A stretch of DNA of 64,000 nucleotides from an uncultured Mariniphaga sp. (GTDB lineage Bacteria > Bacteroidota > Bacteroidia > Bacteroidales > Prolixibacteraceae), in NCBI GenBank assembly GCA_964624645.1, contig CAZVAD010000001.1, positions 11,394-75,393 on the forward strand, read 5' to 3'. Positions 49,576-58,502 of the stretch are shown in pieces; the first letter of the stretch is position 1, and each line of letters starts with the position of its first letter. Below the pieces are notes generated by a model that did not search any database, was not told the DNA's origin, and was given only the letters and a program-made list of their open reading frames with translations. Both the position numbers and the translations under genes were made by a program.

Positions 49576-50454
49576 CTATAAATTCAAATATTTTTGCAAC
49601 AAAGCTTTTCCCTGTCGGATTGCGTCCCTTCCGCTGGATTCGATTCCATACCAGCCCCGGTAGCCCGCATCGTATGACATTTTTATCATTTGTGCAGACA
49701 TCTCTTCGGTGGGTTGGTTGCGATAGGAGAGCCCGCCTGCATACGGAAGCATTTTCCGGAGATATTCTATGTGGTCAAAATCGGGCCCCGGCTCCCGCCA
49801 GTCGGGATAGGAACCAAAGTACAAGTTATCAACCTCTTCCATCAGCGCCACCATCCAGTCGGCATCATTGGAAAGTCCGCCATGGTTTTCAATGAGAACG
49901 CTGATGTTTGCCGGAATGGCATATTCCAGCATCATATTATAGGTTTCGGCAGCCCATTTCAGCGCTTCGTCCTTGGGCGCATCTTTCGGTCCCCTGCAGT
50001 TTGTACGGATGGCATGGCAACCAAGATAAGCGGCAATGTCAATCCATTTCTGATGGTTAATGACGGTTTGCTTTCTGTCCTCCTTCGATGGAGTGCAGGT
50101 CTCACCTTCATCATCCACCATGATGAGTACCATTTTTACGCCGTGGTTGTCAGCATTTCGTTTTAAGGTGTTTAGGTATCTGATGGTTGGGGCTTCAAAC
50201 AGTGTGTTTACAAACTCAATTCCGTTGATGTCAAAATCCTCGCGGGCAATTTTTGGGAAATCCAGGGTTTTCCAGACTCCTTTATGCACCTCGTTAACCA
50301 ACGCCCATTGTGCAATGGAGATGTCGTTGGTAACCATCCGGGGTGTGGAACTGCCTTTTGCAGAAGAAACTGCCCAAGGTGCAATGACTCCGGCTGCACT
50401 TGCAAGCGCTGATTTATAAAGAAAATTTCTCCGGTTAATTTTGTGATTTGTCAT
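49576..50454 (-). CDS. xylose-isomerase-like TIM-barrel protein, TAT-exported
   Basis: Canonical twin-arginine signal NRRNFLYKSALASAAGV. TIM-barrel-like body (NGIEFVN ... LIENHGG). Confidence 0.85.
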   Translation of the reverse strand: MTNHKINRRNFLYKSALASAAGVIAPWAVSSAKGSSTPRMVTNDISIAQWALVNEVHKGVWKTLDFPKIAREDFDINGIEFVNTLFEAPTIRYLNTLKRNADNHGVKMVLIMVDDEGETCTPSKEDRKQTVINHQKWIDIAAYLGCHAIRTNCRGPKDAPKDEALKWAAETYNMMLEYAIPANISVLIENHGGLSNDADWMVALMEEVDNLYFGSYPDWREPGPDFDHIEYLRKMLPYAGGLSYRNQPTEEMSAQMIKMSYDAGYRGWYGIESSGRDAIRQGKALLQKYLNL

Positions 50455-50519
50455 GCCAAAAAATGAATTGATTAAATTGTGGTAAATTTATGCTTGTTAT
50501 TTATAATCCCCAAATTCTG

Positions 50520-51392
50520 TTAGTCATTGAGCATGGGAAAAAGTCGTTTTATCTCTTCTTTGTCGGGATACCTGCCATATTCGCATATTTCAAATGCTTC
50601 AGCATAGGAAATCCGGCTTCCCCTTTCTTCGCCATACCATTGTTTTAATGAATTTCTGACATCGGAACTGATGGGAAATATCCAGTTGTTTTTGAGCCAT
50701 TCCAATTTCCCTGCTTCTGTTTTTGGCAGAGAATCAAGCTCACCGTCAATCCAGGGCAGCCATTCAAAAAACTGGGACTTGTGTGCTGACATGGCATATA
50801 CCTTTTCATCAATGACATCGGAAATGTCTATTGCAATATCCGGCTGGAAAGGATATGGTTTTGTGAATCCGTCCTGTGCATATAAAAATACCGGATTTTT
50901 TTGCAGTGGAGGCGTGTCGGGCGCCACATTGGGAACAATTACCATGTATGCAGCATCCTGAACCAGAATTGATGTGTTCCGGTGGTCGGGATGATAGTCA
51001 TTCGGGCGTGGCCCAATAACCACGTCGGCATTCCACTCCCTGATCAGGCGGATAACCTGATGGCGCACATGAAGCTCCGGCATCAGCTCGCCGTCATGAT
51101 TATCAAGCACGACATACTTTACGCCAAATCTTTTGCCTGCTTCTTCTGCCTCTTTCATCCGGACTTTAGCCAGTGCGCCGCCGCCCATTTCGTGATGTCC
51201 GGCATCGCCGTTGGTGAGTGATACAAAAAGGACATTGTGGCCAAGTCTGGAAAACTTGATGGCTGTTCCGCCGGCAACTTCATCGCAATCATCAGGATGC
51301 GATCCAATAACAACAATATTCAGTTTGTTGCTTTGTGCGGAAACATTCAGCAGAAATATAAAAAGGAACAAGGCAGTCAAAATTTGTTTCAT
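50520..51392 (-). CDS. PIG-L/LmbE-family deacetylase with signal peptide
   Basis: Signal peptide MKQILTALFLFIFLLNVSAQ. PIG-L motifs GSHPDDCD and HPDHRN. Confidence 0.85.
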   Translation of the reverse strand: MKQILTALFLFIFLLNVSAQSNKLNIVVIGSHPDDCDEVAGGTAIKFSRLGHNVLFVSLTNGDAGHHEMGGGALAKVRMKEAEEAGKRFGVKYVVLDNHDGELMPELHVRHQVIRLIREWNADVVIGPRPNDYHPDHRNTSILVQDAAYMVIVPNVAPDTPPLQKNPVFLYAQDGFTKPYPFQPDIAIDISDVIDEKVYAMSAHKSQFFEWLPWIDGELDSLPKTEAGKLEWLKNNWIFPISSDVRNSLKQWYGEERGSRISYAEAFEICEYGRYPDKEEIKRLFPMLND

Positions 51393-51755
51393 AATCTATT
51401 TGATTGAAAATTTTCAGAAGTGTTTTAAAGTTTTTTGTTGAAATCAATTTCAGGGATTAAAAATAGGAATAATTTGGACTTTTGGCAATTTTGGTTTTCC
51501 GTTATTTTTTTCGCAATGGGCTTTCAATATTGTTCCCGGGCAGACAGTGAAACAGTTATTGCGCTTTTCAGTGAAAGAAAATTGAAAATGCTGAATAAGA
51601 ACATTCGGAGCTTTTGTCCTTGGCCGGCTTTAATTGGTTTGGGGAATTTGTCCAAAATTCATAGTACATCGAAGTTAATTGTTAAATTGCAGAAAATCTG
51701 AAAAATGTTGACAGAAAAAAGTATTCTGAATTAAAATTCAAAGTAATTTGGCGCT

Positions 51756-52133
51756 GTGAGAAAGACATTTAAAATAGCAGGAGGCTTGTTTTTAGCAACA
51801 GTTTATTTGGTTGCGGTATTTTTGTTTTACGGACATTGTATTTCTGCGGACACTTTCGTTTATTCTGATGAAACGAAAAGTGATATCAGTTATTTTTCTG
51901 ACCTCTCTTTTCTTGTTTCGGAGGCTACATTGCCTTCCGGAACTGCCTATCAACCGGTGGTGTCAACCATTTCCACAGTTTCTTCTGCTCATTTCAAGGA
52001 ATTTTCAACCATCATAAAAATAAACAGTATCATTCTGACAAATTCATTTGTCAGTTATAGGTTACAATCTGTAAACTTTCCGATTCGTCTGCGCAAGGCG
52101 AATCTGCTTTTTCCATTCCATGGTTTCTGGTAA
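51756..52133 (+). CDS. hypothetical small membrane-anchored protein (weak call)
   Basis: GTG start, one N-terminal TM segment (IAGGLFLATVYLVAVFLFY) and an AT-rich context. A stable hairpin lies downstream. Confidence 0.3.
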   Translation: MRKTFKIAGGLFLATVYLVAVFLFYGHCISADTFVYSDETKSDISYFSDLSFLVSEATLPSGTAYQPVVSTISTVSSAHFKEFSTIIKINSIILTNSFVSYRLQSVNFPIRLRKANLLFPFHGFW

Positions 52134-52224
52134 TTTACTTTATTACGAATTTTAGAGAAGAGCTATTTCAAAAATCCTTAAAATGTATTATTACGTTTTG
52201 AGGATGTTTTGCAATGCGTTGGAA

Positions 52225-52250
52225 TCTGCCTGATTTATTGGTCAGGCAGA
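52225..52250 (+). terminator. perfect 9-bp hairpin between the two orphan ORFs (no clear U-tract)
   Basis: TCTGCCTGA TTTATTGG TCAGGCAGA. Confidence 0.3.
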
Positions 52251-52337
52251 ATATGAAAAGCTTTTCTTTATACAATACAGAAGTATATTTATTTGAATGT
52301 TAGTAAATTAGAAAAAGATTTTTTAAAAAATATTGAA

Positions 52338-52904
52338 ATGGACAAAGGAATAGTTTTAGTCACCATAATATTTCTTGCAGTGATTATTTTGCCTTTTTTA
52401 ATTGTCGGGTACAGCAAGAAGAAAAAAAAGAACCGGTTTATAAATATTATCCGTGCAATGGCGGAGAAGAGCGGTTGCACAATTACCCGGCATGAAATCA
52501 GTAATAATTTTATTATTGGAATGGATGATTCATCAGGATGCCTTTTTTTCTACAAAAAAGAGACTGACCGTGAAATTTCCAGAGAGATAAATCTTAAGAA
52601 TTTTAAAAGTTGCAAGCTTGCCAATATCAGCCGCACTGTGGAAGACAATAAAAATAATTACCACATGGCGCATAAGCTTGAACTCTGTTTTTATCCGGTG
52701 GAAGCGAATCAACCGGATGAAATCATTGAATTTTATAATGATGAATACGATAGCCTGACCCTGACGGGTGAACTTCAGGTAATTGAGAAGTGGGAAGATG
52801 AGTTAAACAGGTATCTGAAAAATTTTCATAAAGTCAGACCGGCGGCACCCGCCGGTGGAACGCCATCGACAGGCAAGAAAAAGAAGAAATCAAAAAAAGC
52901 CTGA
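52338..52904 (+). CDS. hypothetical membrane-anchored protein with poly-lysine segments
   Basis: I prefer the ATG at 52338 (the ORF track begins at a TTG at 52293). One TM segment (IVLVTIIFLAVIILPFLIVGY) is followed by KKKKK. The C-terminal tail is PAAPAGGTPSTGKKKKKSKKA. Confidence 0.5.
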   Translation: MDKGIVLVTIIFLAVIILPFLIVGYSKKKKKNRFINIIRAMAEKSGCTITRHEISNNFIIGMDDSSGCLFFYKKETDREISREINLKNFKSCKLANISRTVEDNKNNYHMAHKLELCFYPVEANQPDEIIEFYNDEYDSLTLTGELQVIEKWEDELNRYLKNFHKVRPAAPAGGTPSTGKKKKKSKKA

Positions 52905-53068
52905 TCGTATGAAGTTTTCAGACTATTTGTTTCAGCATCAGAAGGATAAAAAAAGTTTCTGTAAAACAGAATGAAAGAGTGGGGGAGTAATCCCCCATTT
53001 CTTTGAAATTTCATTTTTATTCAAATAATTAAATCTCAATTTCTCCGTTCATTCATTGAATCAGACAA

Positions 53069-54661
53069 ATGAAGATGAGTCATAAAACTCAATTGCTCAA
53101 TGAATGGAGAGAGAATATTTTTTTCTTCTCCCTTATTATCACTGCTTCGGTTTTTCCATATTCAGAAGCTTTGGTAAGTATTTCAGCTGTTTTTCTTCTG
53201 TCTCAGGCCATTGTGCTGTTTTCATGGAACCATCCTACAGTAAAATCCCAATCGTGGAAAATCGTTTTATTTCCTGTTTCAATTTTCGGAGTATATCTGA
53301 TCGGAACGCTGTTTACTGCTGATTTTTCATTTGCCCTTTATGAGCTCAGAAAAGTGATATTCTGGATTATTTTTCCGCTTGGAATATTTTTGTCTCCGCG
53401 GCTTTCTGAAAAGAGAATCTATTTTGTGTTATCGGTATTTGTGCTCTCTGTGATTGTTGCAACCTTTATAATTGCCGGGAAGCTGGCTGTTGCCGGCAGT
53501 GTGAAAATTGATGAATTCCGTTCGGTGAGTATCATTTCGCACATCCGGTTTTCATTTCAGGTGATTTTATCGCTGATTCTTCTCTCTTGGTCCTTTCTGA
53601 ACAGGGATAAATTTCAAATGAAAATTTCAGCTCCCGTTATTTGGGGACTCATTGTATGGCTTGTTTTTTTTCTGATTCTTTTAAAATCATTGGTTGGAGT
53701 TTTTGCATTTTACGGAACATTGCTGGTTACCCTTTTAATTTTCACTGTTGCCACACGAAGTATAAAAAAGAAGATCGCTTTAATTTTTCTGGTTCTATCC
53801 ATTGTAGTGATTCCCGTGTTGCTGATTGGGAAAGTAGTTATTGATTTTTACGATTTCGAAAAGATTGATCCTTTAAAAGTTGAAAATGTTACGCCTTCCG
53901 GAAATTATTATCATCACGATTTTGAGCAGAGCATGCGGGAGAACGGCCATTTGGTTTATATCTACATATGCAGTAAAGAGCTTCGGGAAGAGTGGAATAA
54001 ACGCAGTGAAATCAAGTATGACGACGACCTGAATGGTTTCAGTCTCGGCAGCACCCTGATCCGGTATTTAACCAGCCTGGGATATCGCAAGGATAGTGTT
54101 GGAGTGAGCCGGCTCACTCCGAAAGATATCCGGCTCATTCAGGAAGGCGTAACGAATTACAAGTTTAAAAACCACCGGTTCTCCATTTTTCCGCGTATTT
54201 ATGATACGGTTTGGGAGCTTGACTATTATTTTCGCACAGGCGACCCGAATGAAAAGACACTCTCGCAACGCATTGAATATGTAAAAGCTTCCCTTGTTCT
54301 TATCCGTGAGAACCCCTGGTTTGGCATTGGCACCGGAAACTGGGTGATAAAATACGATGAAGTGTATGATCGGATGGAAACCAAACTTTTAAAAGAGAAA
54401 AGAGGTTCTTCGCATAACCAATACCTGAATTATTTGGTGAAATTCGGGATAACCGGTTTTGTGTGGATTGTTTTTGCCATCCTGTTCCCGGTTTTCAGGC
54501 TACGGCATAAAAGCAATCTGATTTTCATACTGTTTTTGGTCTCCTATGCTTTTGCAAATTTTGGCGACGCCAATATGGAAACGCACATGGGACTTTCCTT
54601 CTTTGCATTCTTCTATAGCCTGTTTCTCTGGAATTCAACCCGTGGAATGAAAGAAAGATAA
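53069..54661 (+). CDS. O-antigen ligase / Wzy_C-family membrane protein
   Basis: 530 aa and at least 10 TM segments. A large loop region is followed by the GSSHNQYLNYLVKFGITG motif typical of the WaaL/O-antigen polymerase family. Confidence 0.7.
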   Translation: MKMSHKTQLLNEWRENIFFFSLIITASVFPYSEALVSISAVFLLSQAIVLFSWNHPTVKSQSWKIVLFPVSIFGVYLIGTLFTADFSFALYELRKVIFWIIFPLGIFLSPRLSEKRIYFVLSVFVLSVIVATFIIAGKLAVAGSVKIDEFRSVSIISHIRFSFQVILSLILLSWSFLNRDKFQMKISAPVIWGLIVWLVFFLILLKSLVGVFAFYGTLLVTLLIFTVATRSIKKKIALIFLVLSIVVIPVLLIGKVVIDFYDFEKIDPLKVENVTPSGNYYHHDFEQSMRENGHLVYIYICSKELREEWNKRSEIKYDDDLNGFSLGSTLIRYLTSLGYRKDSVGVSRLTPKDIRLIQEGVTNYKFKNHRFSIFPRIYDTVWELDYYFRTGDPNEKTLSQRIEYVKASLVLIRENPWFGIGTGNWVIKYDEVYDRMETKLLKEKRGSSHNQYLNYLVKFGITGFVWIVFAILFPVFRLRHKSNLIFILFLVSYAFANFGDANMETHMGLSFFAFFYSLFLWNSTRGMKER

Positions 54662-54710
54662 CTGGTGATTTCGTGCCGTTTTTTCATTCAGCCAGTATTA
54701 TGACTCCATA

Positions 54711-54740
54711 AAAAAAGGAGGTGAAAAACCTCCTTTTTTT
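54711..54740. terminator. bidirectional intrinsic terminator between convergent genes
   Basis: AAAAAAGGAGG TGAAAAA CCTCCTTTTTTT, with A and T runs on both sides. Confidence 0.7.
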
Positions 54741-54744
54741 AATT

Positions 54745-55215
54745 TTATCTTACAGCTCTTTTTCTCGAAGAGTAGTTGATGTGCAGCGCTGCGGATTTTC
54801 GCAGCTCCTGTTTTATATCCGTAACAATACCCATTTTTGTGTTCTCATCCACTTTCAAAGAGGTGATCATCATGGGCCTTTCTGCTTCATTTCGTGCTTC
54901 TCTTTCAGCAATGATGTACTCCTGGATTTCATAAACCCCTGCAAACTGGTCGTTCAACTGTATCCGGGATGCTACCCCAAAATGCTTTTGGTATTCGGGC
55001 AGCGGTTCTCCCACATAGATATAGCTCACCAGTGATTTCTTTTCCAGTTTTGACAATTCCGTTGCCGACGGCAGAGTGATATGTACCATGTAAGTAACTT
55101 CCCGCATGGTTGTAGTGACCATGAAGAAGAACAGTATCATAAAAACAATGTCAGGCAAAGAAGCAGTGGAAATGGGGGGAAGCTCTTTTCCTCCCTTTTT
55201 TCTAAATTTACTCAT
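54745..55215 (-). CDS. exbD: ExbD/TolR-family biopolymer transport protein
   Basis: N-terminal motif SLPDIVFMILFFFMVTTTM. Length is 156 aa. Confidence 0.85.
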   Translation of the reverse strand: MSKFRKKGGKELPPISTASLPDIVFMILFFFMVTTTMREVTYMVHITLPSATELSKLEKKSLVSYIYVGEPLPEYQKHFGVASRIQLNDQFAGVYEIQEYIIAEREARNEAERPMMITSLKVDENTKMGIVTDIKQELRKSAALHINYSSRKRAVR

Positions 55216-55217
55216 AC

Positions 55218-55796
55218 TTATCTTCCTCCTACTCTTTTGGGTTCAGCCTCTGAAATTCTGGAGGGGTAAATCTCCCGGACAGCATCCTGCTGTTCCTTGT
55301 CCAGATCATTAAAGGCTCTTCCGAATTGGATTTTTGCCAATTCGTCCCTTAGTTCGTTAATAGCAGCAACCAGTTCGTTTTGAACAGCGATGTATGTACC
55401 ATACTGAGTGTCCATGTCATTGCGCAATGAGATTACTCCTTTTGTAATCATCACCTCACCAAAGTAGGGAACCTCTTTGGCCTCTTTCTCCGGGAGATGT
55501 TCTTCATTGCGTGGATTGGCCATGAAATTTTTGGCCATATCCCGTAAGTTTTCAATGCTGGCGTATTCATTTTCCACCAACAGTTGGTTGTCCCGGTTCA
55601 CCAGAACAACAAAAACGTTTCGCTCTTTGATCATCTGATCATCATCTTTGAGCGTTTCGGGATCAACCCATTGGGGAAGTCTTCTTTCCAGACCGCTGTC
55701 AACGTCCATCGTGGTTGTTACCAGGAAAAAGAAGAGCAACATAAAAGCAATGTCTGCCAATGATGCTGACGGTATTTCGGGTGTTTTTCTTGCCAT
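55218..55796 (-). CDS. exbD: ExbD/TolR-family biopolymer transport protein (long form)
   Basis: N-terminal motif SLADIAFMLLFFFLVTTTM. Length is 192 aa. Confidence 0.85.
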   Translation of the reverse strand: MARKTPEIPSASLADIAFMLLFFFLVTTTMDVDSGLERRLPQWVDPETLKDDDQMIKERNVFVVLVNRDNQLLVENEYASIENLRDMAKNFMANPRNEEHLPEKEAKEVPYFGEVMITKGVISLRNDMDTQYGTYIAVQNELVAAINELRDELAKIQFGRAFNDLDKEQQDAVREIYPSRISEAEPKRVGGR

Positions 55797-55829
55797 ATTA
55801 ATTTTCCTGTTTTAAGTACCACGAATTAA

Positions 55830-56291
55830 TTATTTCTTGAATAAACGGGTTGCCGATGACAGTGTAATTGAAAGAATGGCTAATCCAAACAGAATATACG
55901 TGGCATATAATCCGGCATCAACCAGCTTCACTACTTTTGGTGTCAGCGTCCCGTCATTAATATACTTTTGTACCCCGATGAACTGCGGAATTGCATCCGA
56001 AGCAAGCAAGTATGAGATAAGGAGTATAGCCCCAAGAAAAACAATGGAGAGAAGTCCTTTTTTTGCTTTTTCAAAATCGGTGGTCATCAGGAAGACATTT
56101 GCAACGACTGCAAGTGCTCCTGTTGCAATAAGCAATATGTAAGCCCAGACAAGGTTGGAGTTAATCCAGCTTCCCATTGCCATGTCAGCATCGTTATCAC
56201 TGATGTTGACCATCAGAGAGACGATGAGTACTGCTGACACAATGAGCAGGGCCCACAGTATTATGGAAGTGATTTTCTCTAATTTTCCCAT
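55830..56291 (-). CDS. hypothetical 4-TM membrane protein inside the exbB-exbD operon
   Basis: Four hydrophobic segments. The start is 3 nt after the exbB stop. Confidence 0.55.
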   Translation of the reverse strand: MGKLEKITSIILWALLIVSAVLIVSLMVNISDNDADMAMGSWINSNLVWAYILLIATGALAVVANVFLMTTDFEKAKKGLLSIVFLGAILLISYLLASDAIPQFIGVQKYINDGTLTPKVVKLVDAGLYATYILFGLAILSITLSSATRLFKK

Positions 56292-56294
56292 GGG

Positions 56295-57113
56295 TTATCC
56301 TTGTTTTTTAACTTGATGTTTTACCAGCAAATCCAGAAGTGAAATGGACGCGTCTTCCATGCTGTTCACGATGCTGTCAATTTTGGCAACGCAATAATTA
56401 TAAAAGAACTGCAGAATAATGGCTACAATCAAACCTCCAACAGTTGTGATCAAAGCCACTTTAATACCACCGGCTACCAGTGAGGGAGAAATATCCCCGG
56501 CAACTTCAATGGCATCAAAAGCAACGATCATCCCTATTACCGTTCCGAGGAACCCAAGCATGGGAGCCAGTGCAATAAACAATGCAATCCAGCTTAACCC
56601 TTTTTCAAGGAGACCTGTCTGGACACCGCCGTAGGAAATGATTGACTTTTCAACCATGTCAATGCCATGATCAGAGCGGTCAAGTCCCTGATAAAAAATA
56701 CTGGCAACAGGTCCCCGGGTTTTTCTGCAAATATCCTTTGCTGCTTCAATCCCACCGCTGTTAAGCGCCTGTTCAACCTTTGACAGTAATTTTTTTGTGT
56801 TTGATGTTGCAAGATTCAGATACAAAACCCGCTCAATTGCGAATGCCAGACCGAAAATCAAACAAATTATAATGAAGGACATGAACATCGGTCCGCCTTC
56901 GATAAATTTTTGCTTGAGCTGGCTGTGCAGCGATTGTCCGCTTTCTGCAGCTGCAGCCGCAGTTTCAAACGGATCGGCTGTCACTACTTGTGTTTGTTCT
57001 TGTTCTTGCTGATCAGCAGCAGGCTCCTGATCCTGAGCAACAACACCATTTGTTGCCATGAAAAACAGCATTCCTGATAATGCCATTAATGCGAATAGTC
57101 TTTTCATAATCAA
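56295..57113 (-). CDS. exbB: MotA/TolQ/ExbB proton-channel family protein with N-terminal extension
   Basis: The conserved C-terminal channel region (LALAPMLGFLGTVIGMI) is preceded by a signal-peptide-like segment and an acidic Q/E-rich stretch. Confidence 0.9.
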   Translation of the reverse strand: MIMKRLFALMALSGMLFFMATNGVVAQDQEPAADQQEQEQTQVVTADPFETAAAAAESGQSLHSQLKQKFIEGGPMFMSFIIICLIFGLAFAIERVLYLNLATSNTKKLLSKVEQALNSGGIEAAKDICRKTRGPVASIFYQGLDRSDHGIDMVEKSIISYGGVQTGLLEKGLSWIALFIALAPMLGFLGTVIGMIVAFDAIEVAGDISPSLVAGGIKVALITTVGGLIVAIILQFFYNYCVAKIDSIVNSMEDASISLLDLLVKHQVKKQG

Positions 57114-57220
57114 TACTAATTTTTTAGTTAATAATCTCCTTGATACTTTTAATAATATTTAATCCGAATATTTAATTTCTGATTTAATACAACAAATAAC
57201 ATGTTTTCCAATGAAAAAAT

Positions 57221-57228
57221 CAAATATA
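57221..57228 (-). promoter_or_regulatory. candidate -7 box (TATATTTG) for the exbB operon
   Basis: Exact TAnnTTTG about 108 nt upstream of the exbB ATG. Confidence 0.3.
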
Positions 57229-57459
57229 ATTACCTGAAATTTTCAGTTAAAATTTTCAGAGAATGAATTTTTACCGGGAAAATATTTGGTTCGCTGCCTT
57301 AATCTCTCTGACAATCAGCGCTCCATATTGTTTTTCTGTTTTTGAATCCCGCATTTCTCTTTTTTATTAAAAAATAAATTTGAATCCCTGTTGTTATAAA
57401 AAACTGTTCCTTTTGTCTTTTGTCTGCATTATCAACGATAAGTCAGTTTTGCATTTTCT

Positions 57460-57548
<89 letters not shown>

Positions 57549-57574
57549 GGGTTTTGTTTTTTTCAAAGAAATGC

Positions 57575-57582
57575 CAAAATTA
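57575..57582 (-). promoter_or_regulatory. -7 box (TAATTTTG) for tRNA-Ser
   Basis: Exact TAnnTTTG 27 nt upstream of the mature 5' end. Confidence 0.4.
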
Positions 57583-57702
57583 ATAAAATTTCAGGAAAAA
57601 AAAGGCGTTTGATGCGAATGCATTCAATTATTATTTTCGTTTCGGATAGTTAGCCTAAACTTTCATTATTTTTCATAAAAGTTTCGGAAAAGGTTGTGAT
57701 AT

Positions 57703-58470
57703 TCATATTTTGAATAGCGTTCGTGCATTTTCGGTAGTTCTGCACGCCACCTCGTTCACTGATAAGTTGAAAATTTTAGCAATGGTTTGCGCAACATATA
57801 CAATGTATGCCGGTTCATTGCGTTTTCCCCGCTTTGGCACGGGCGCCAGATAGGGGGAATCGGTTTCAATGACAATATTTTCAAGCGGAATGCTTTTGAT
57901 AACGTGACGTAGCTCGCTGTTTTTGAATGTTACAACACCCCCGATACCCATAAGAAAACCACCCAGCCCGATAATTTGTGCAGCTTCTTCTTCACTGCCG
58001 GTAAAACAGTGGAAAATTCCTTTCAAAGTGCCATCCTGTTCTTCCCTTACGATGGATATGATTTCATCAAAAGAATTCCGTAGGTGGATAACAATGGGGA
58101 GTTCATATTTTTTTGCAAGTCTGATCTGGTGCCTGAAAGCATCCTGCTGCTCTTTTTTAAAAGTCTGATCCCAGTGTAAATCTATTCCAATCTCCCCGAT
58201 TCCGTAAAACTTTCTTTTTTCCAGCCAATATTCCACTGCCTGAAGTTCTTCTTTGTAGTCTGCTGCAACAGATGACGGATGCAATCCCATCAAGGGAAAA
58301 CACAGATGAGGATACGCATCGGATAAATCAAGAAGACGCTTTACGGTTGATGAGTCCAGATTGGGAAGAATAATTTTCTTCACATCATTGTCATATGCCC
58401 GCTGAAGTACTTCGTCAATATCGTGCGAATAATCTTCAAGATAGATGTGCGCATGTGTGTCAATCAGCAT
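57703..58470 (-). CDS. tatD: TatD-family metal-dependent hydrolase
   Basis: N-terminal motif MLIDTHAHI and a TIM-barrel amidohydrolase pattern (GEIGIDL, HCFTG, IETDSPYL). I prefer the ATG at 58470 over the TTG at 58494. Confidence 0.9.
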   Translation of the reverse strand: MLIDTHAHIYLEDYSHDIDEVLQRAYDNDVKKIILPNLDSSTVKRLLDLSDAYPHLCFPLMGLHPSSVAADYKEELQAVEYWLEKRKFYGIGEIGIDLHWDQTFKKEQQDAFRHQIRLAKKYELPIVIHLRNSFDEIISIVREEQDGTLKGIFHCFTGSEEEAAQIIGLGGFLMGIGGVVTFKNSELRHVIKSIPLENIVIETDSPYLAPVPKRGKRNEPAYIVYVAQTIAKIFNLSVNEVACRTTENARTLFKI

Positions 58471-58491
58471 TTTAAAAACTTGAAATTTCAA

Positions 58492-58499
58492 CAAAAATA
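58492..58499 (-). promoter_or_regulatory. -7 box (TATTTTTG) for tatD
   Basis: Exact TAnnTTTG 22 nt upstream of the ATG. It overlaps the U-tract of the upstream gdhA terminator. Confidence 0.4.
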
Positions 58500-58502
58500 A
58501 AA

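Noticed and set aside
51435-51701. An 88-aa ORF with a TTG start in the AT-rich gap upstream of the orphan membrane proteins. Other track ORFs of 60-130 aa lie in intergenic or overlapping positions, for example 15064-15270, 62264-62458, 31256-31456, 31549-31809 and 63454-63648.
   Set aside because: They have non-ATG starts or overlap confident genes or tRNAs. For example, 63454-63648 runs through tRNA-Pro and 57420-57653 runs through tRNA-Ser. Their composition is typical of random AT-rich translation and they lack motifs.
54715-54725. AAGGAGGTGA, a perfect Shine-Dalgarno-like sequence.
   Set aside because: It forms the left arm of the bidirectional terminator hairpin between convergent genes, and no start codon follows it. 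Genes in this window otherwise have A-rich, SD-less starts.
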